A stretch of 64,000 bases of DNA from Macrostomum lignano (lineage: Eukaryota): contig NIVC01000566.1 of assembly GCA_002269645.1 (NCBI GenBank), positions 248,001-312,000 on the forward strand, in the 5' to 3' direction. Under the pieces are notes generated by a model. It made no database searches and was not told the DNA's origin. It was given only the letters and a program-made list of their open reading frames with translations. Shown one piece after another: positions 61,801 to 64,000 of this stretch. Numbering within the stretch: the first letter of the stretch is position 1; each line of letters starts with the position of its first letter. A program made the translations under genes and the position numbers.

Positions 61801-64000
61801 TTCAGGGCGTCCAAAGCGCAGCTTAATCTTCCGACCAGTTTTCGTTGGTTGATATACGCTCGTAGTTATTATTTTAATGGTCTCCCATTGTTAAATAAAT
61901 GAATGCTACATTTTCTATTGACCCTTACTTCGTCAGATCTACCGCAAATACCGCAAGTGCGACACCGGCCTCAGGCTGAACTTCTCCAAGGAGGCCGGGC
62001 GCCGCATGCTCGCCAAGTATCCGCATCAGTTCGCGCCCTACACCGGCGTCATGGGCTGCGGCCCGGACCTCGGAGCCGAGCCCTACCCCGGCACGCTCAT
62101 CCGACTGCCGCTGCGGACTCAGGAGCAGGCCGGCGAGTCGCAGATCTGCCAACGGGCCTACAGCGAGCAGGAGATGCGCGACCTGCTTGACAAGACGGCT
62201 CAGCAAGCCCGCCACTTGCTGCTGTTCACCCAGTCCGTGTCCAGCTTCCGGCTGCTGCATCTGCGCGATGGCTTGGACGGCTCGCTGCAGACCGACACGC
62301 TGCTCAAAGTGAGTCGCAGCCTGATTAAGTGCATTCGGCCGTTGCCGGGCACAAGCGAATCAGCGGATCTGCGCTCCCAGACGCGTGTACTGGCCGCTGC
62401 GGCCGAATATCTGGCGGGTGACAACGGCGGCGCTGTCGATGGAAGTTTCGCTGGGCAGCTGAAGCTGCACATCGACGTGCAGATAAACGAGACGGAAGCG
62501 AAGCAGGTTGGCATCGACACGAACGTCGCTATAACCGCCTCGGACAACTGGCTGCTGAGCGTAGCTCTGGGCTCGGGCGAGTCGCTGGAGATGTCGCGTC
62601 AACGCGAGGGACTCAGCCTCCCCGTCGCCAGTGTCGCCATTCGCCTGTCGGCTGGCGGCACCGCGATTGAGCCGGTGAATCGCGGCGTCGCCTTCTGCTT
62701 TCTGCCGCTGCCCATCGAGTCGCCGCTGCTGTTCCACGTAAACGCCGCCTTCGCAGTCACGTCCAGCCGACGCTACCTGGAGGAGGCCACCATGGACGAA
62801 GCCGAGGGCCGCTGGCACCCAGGTCGCTGGAACGCCGCCCTGCTGCGCGAAGCCGCCTGCGCCGCGCTGGTGTCTGCGCTCGAGCGACTCACTGCCGAAA
62901 ACATCACGGGCGCGCCTTCGATCTGGCCGCTGCTAGAGGCCAACAACGGTGTCTGGCATCCTCTGATTGAGAGTTTCTACAGGACTGTCTTCACCGAAAG
63001 TGATCGCGCTCCAAGCATCTTCTTCACCTCGGTGGGCTGGCGGCCGCTGGCTCAAGTTGTTTTTCTCGACGAATCGGCGCTGGGTGCCGCCGCATTGGGC
63101 TTTGAAGCTGCCAATGTTGTGCGCCGTCTGGCCCGGTCACTGGTTCCGGCCGGCTCCGGCCTGGCTGAAGGCTTAGCGTCCAGCGTTCAAGCCGCTGCAG
63201 TGCGCCTCAACCTGCTTGGACACAGACTCTGGTCGGGTGAAGTCTTTGTAGCCAATTTTCTGGAACAACTTAACAGTCTGTGGGATTCGTCTGATGATGA
63301 GCGTCATTTGTGCTCCGAGTTTCTTAAATTTTTGCTTAAAAATCTGAGTAGGGAAGACATCGCACCACAGGACCCAACAGTTTGGCTCATGTCGGAGGGC
63401 ATCAGGAGCATGCTTAAATCTAGCCACTTCCTGCCTGACCAATCAAATCGGCTTTGCCGAGTAAGCGATCTGCTGGATCCGGACTGCGCTGCAGCTGCTC
63501 TGTATTTCCCAACTGACTCTGTATTTCCTAGAACAGACTTCAAAGATGACTACAGTCTACGACCTGTCCTAATTTCTCTTGGGCTTCAGTCTCAAATTCC
63601 ATTTGACCATGTTCTTGAACGAGCTAATACCGTGTCAGCACTGAGCCAAGAAAATCGCCTGGAGGACGCTTTGAAGAGGGCGCGATCTCTGATGAAGTAT
63701 CTCGATCTAAACCGGACTGAATTTCAAGATCGCCTTCGTGAGCTGGCCAGCGTTGAATTTCTTCCAGCCAAGCGGAAGCCCGACGACTGCAGCCTGCACT
63801 GGCGCTCGGATGACTACCCCGTTACTCAGCTGTTCGCACCGGAAGTTCTATTCGAGTCTAAACAAGAGACATTGGGTTCTCTCTGTCAGTTAGTTCTGGA
63901 CAGCTGTGTACTTTCAGATACCAATCATTTAGCCCGAGAAGCATTGAATAAAAGCATTGGGGTACAAAAGGAAGTACCTCGCGAAATTGCTTGGGAACAG
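58828..64000 (+). CDS. SACS: Sacsin-like protein (GHKL/Hsp90-like ATPase sacsin repeat region), 5' part, runs off the window
   Basis: Exons 58828-59070, 61218-61448, 61937->64000 (frame spot-checked through to the window end). CGQSESLTRRLRNILRDY, KELIQNADDAGATEV, WAHNDAQFTDDDF, VGKFGLGFNAVYNLTDVP, GTLIRLPLRT, LLLFTQSV, FCFLPLP..FHVNAAFAVTSSRR, WNAALL. Confidence 0.92.
59148..59622. repeat. 20-bp degenerate minisatellite (ACTGGGCGCCATTTTATTTG)n
   Basis: Visible. Confidence 0.93.
59634..60701. mobile_element. Foldback/MITE element with ~250-bp imperfect inverted arms; right arm interrupted by a SINE
   Basis: Left arm 59634-~59880 is the reverse complement of ~60080-60278 plus ~60642-60701 (e.g. 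GCAGGCTGGTTTTCG / CGAAAACCAGCCTGC; CAAGGAC / GTCCTTG). Confidence 0.82.
60279..60648 (-). mobile_element. tRNA-derived CORE-like SINE (family A) inserted in the foldback arm
   Basis: Colinear with 37732-38037; AGCCTGC occurs on both sides of the insertion. Confidence 0.86.
60677..60948. repeat. 46-bp tandem repeat (GTCCTACTTGAGTAGTCCTTGACATTGGACTGGGTGCCAGTTTCCC)n
   Basis: About 6 units, no spacers; the unit includes the terminus of the foldback arm. Confidence 0.95.

Overview
Eukaryotic, intron-rich genomic DNA. GC-rich exons, GT-AG introns and a private minisatellite in almost every long intron resemble a Macrostomum-type flatworm; this is inferred from sequence style, not demonstrated. Genes reconstructed by hand from splice signals and remembered family motifs: (1) exon 1 of an actin at the left edge (- strand); (2) a divergent IP3-receptor-like gene (- strand, 24583->2225, ~27 exons, ~1,700 aa, no channel domain inside the window); (3) a small secreted, highly cationic peptide gene nested antisense in its intron 2; (4) a second, inverted, complete actin (+) with four CArG boxes; (5) a short-chain dehydrogenase (-); (6) an AIFM3-like Rieske/FAD oxidoreductase (-); (7) an ODAD1/CCDC63-like dynein docking coiled-coil gene (+); (8) TPD52 (+); (9) an unassigned beta-propeller-like gene (+); (10) the 5' part of a sacsin-like GHKL ATPase (+). 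There are also two tRNA-derived SINE families (one with a CORE-like domain), an hAT-type MITE with a perfect 8-bp TSD, a foldback element and about 30 tandem arrays. Most long ORFs in the supplied track are translations of tandem repeats. Three genes each show a single-base deletion in a short C/G run, most likely consensus errors. Most notable: the nested cationic peptide, a ~26-copy array of a hairpin-masked splice donor, the IP3R-like gene with an altered ligand pocket and no channel domain in view, and the inverted actin pair with a sharp conversion-like boundary at a CArG box.
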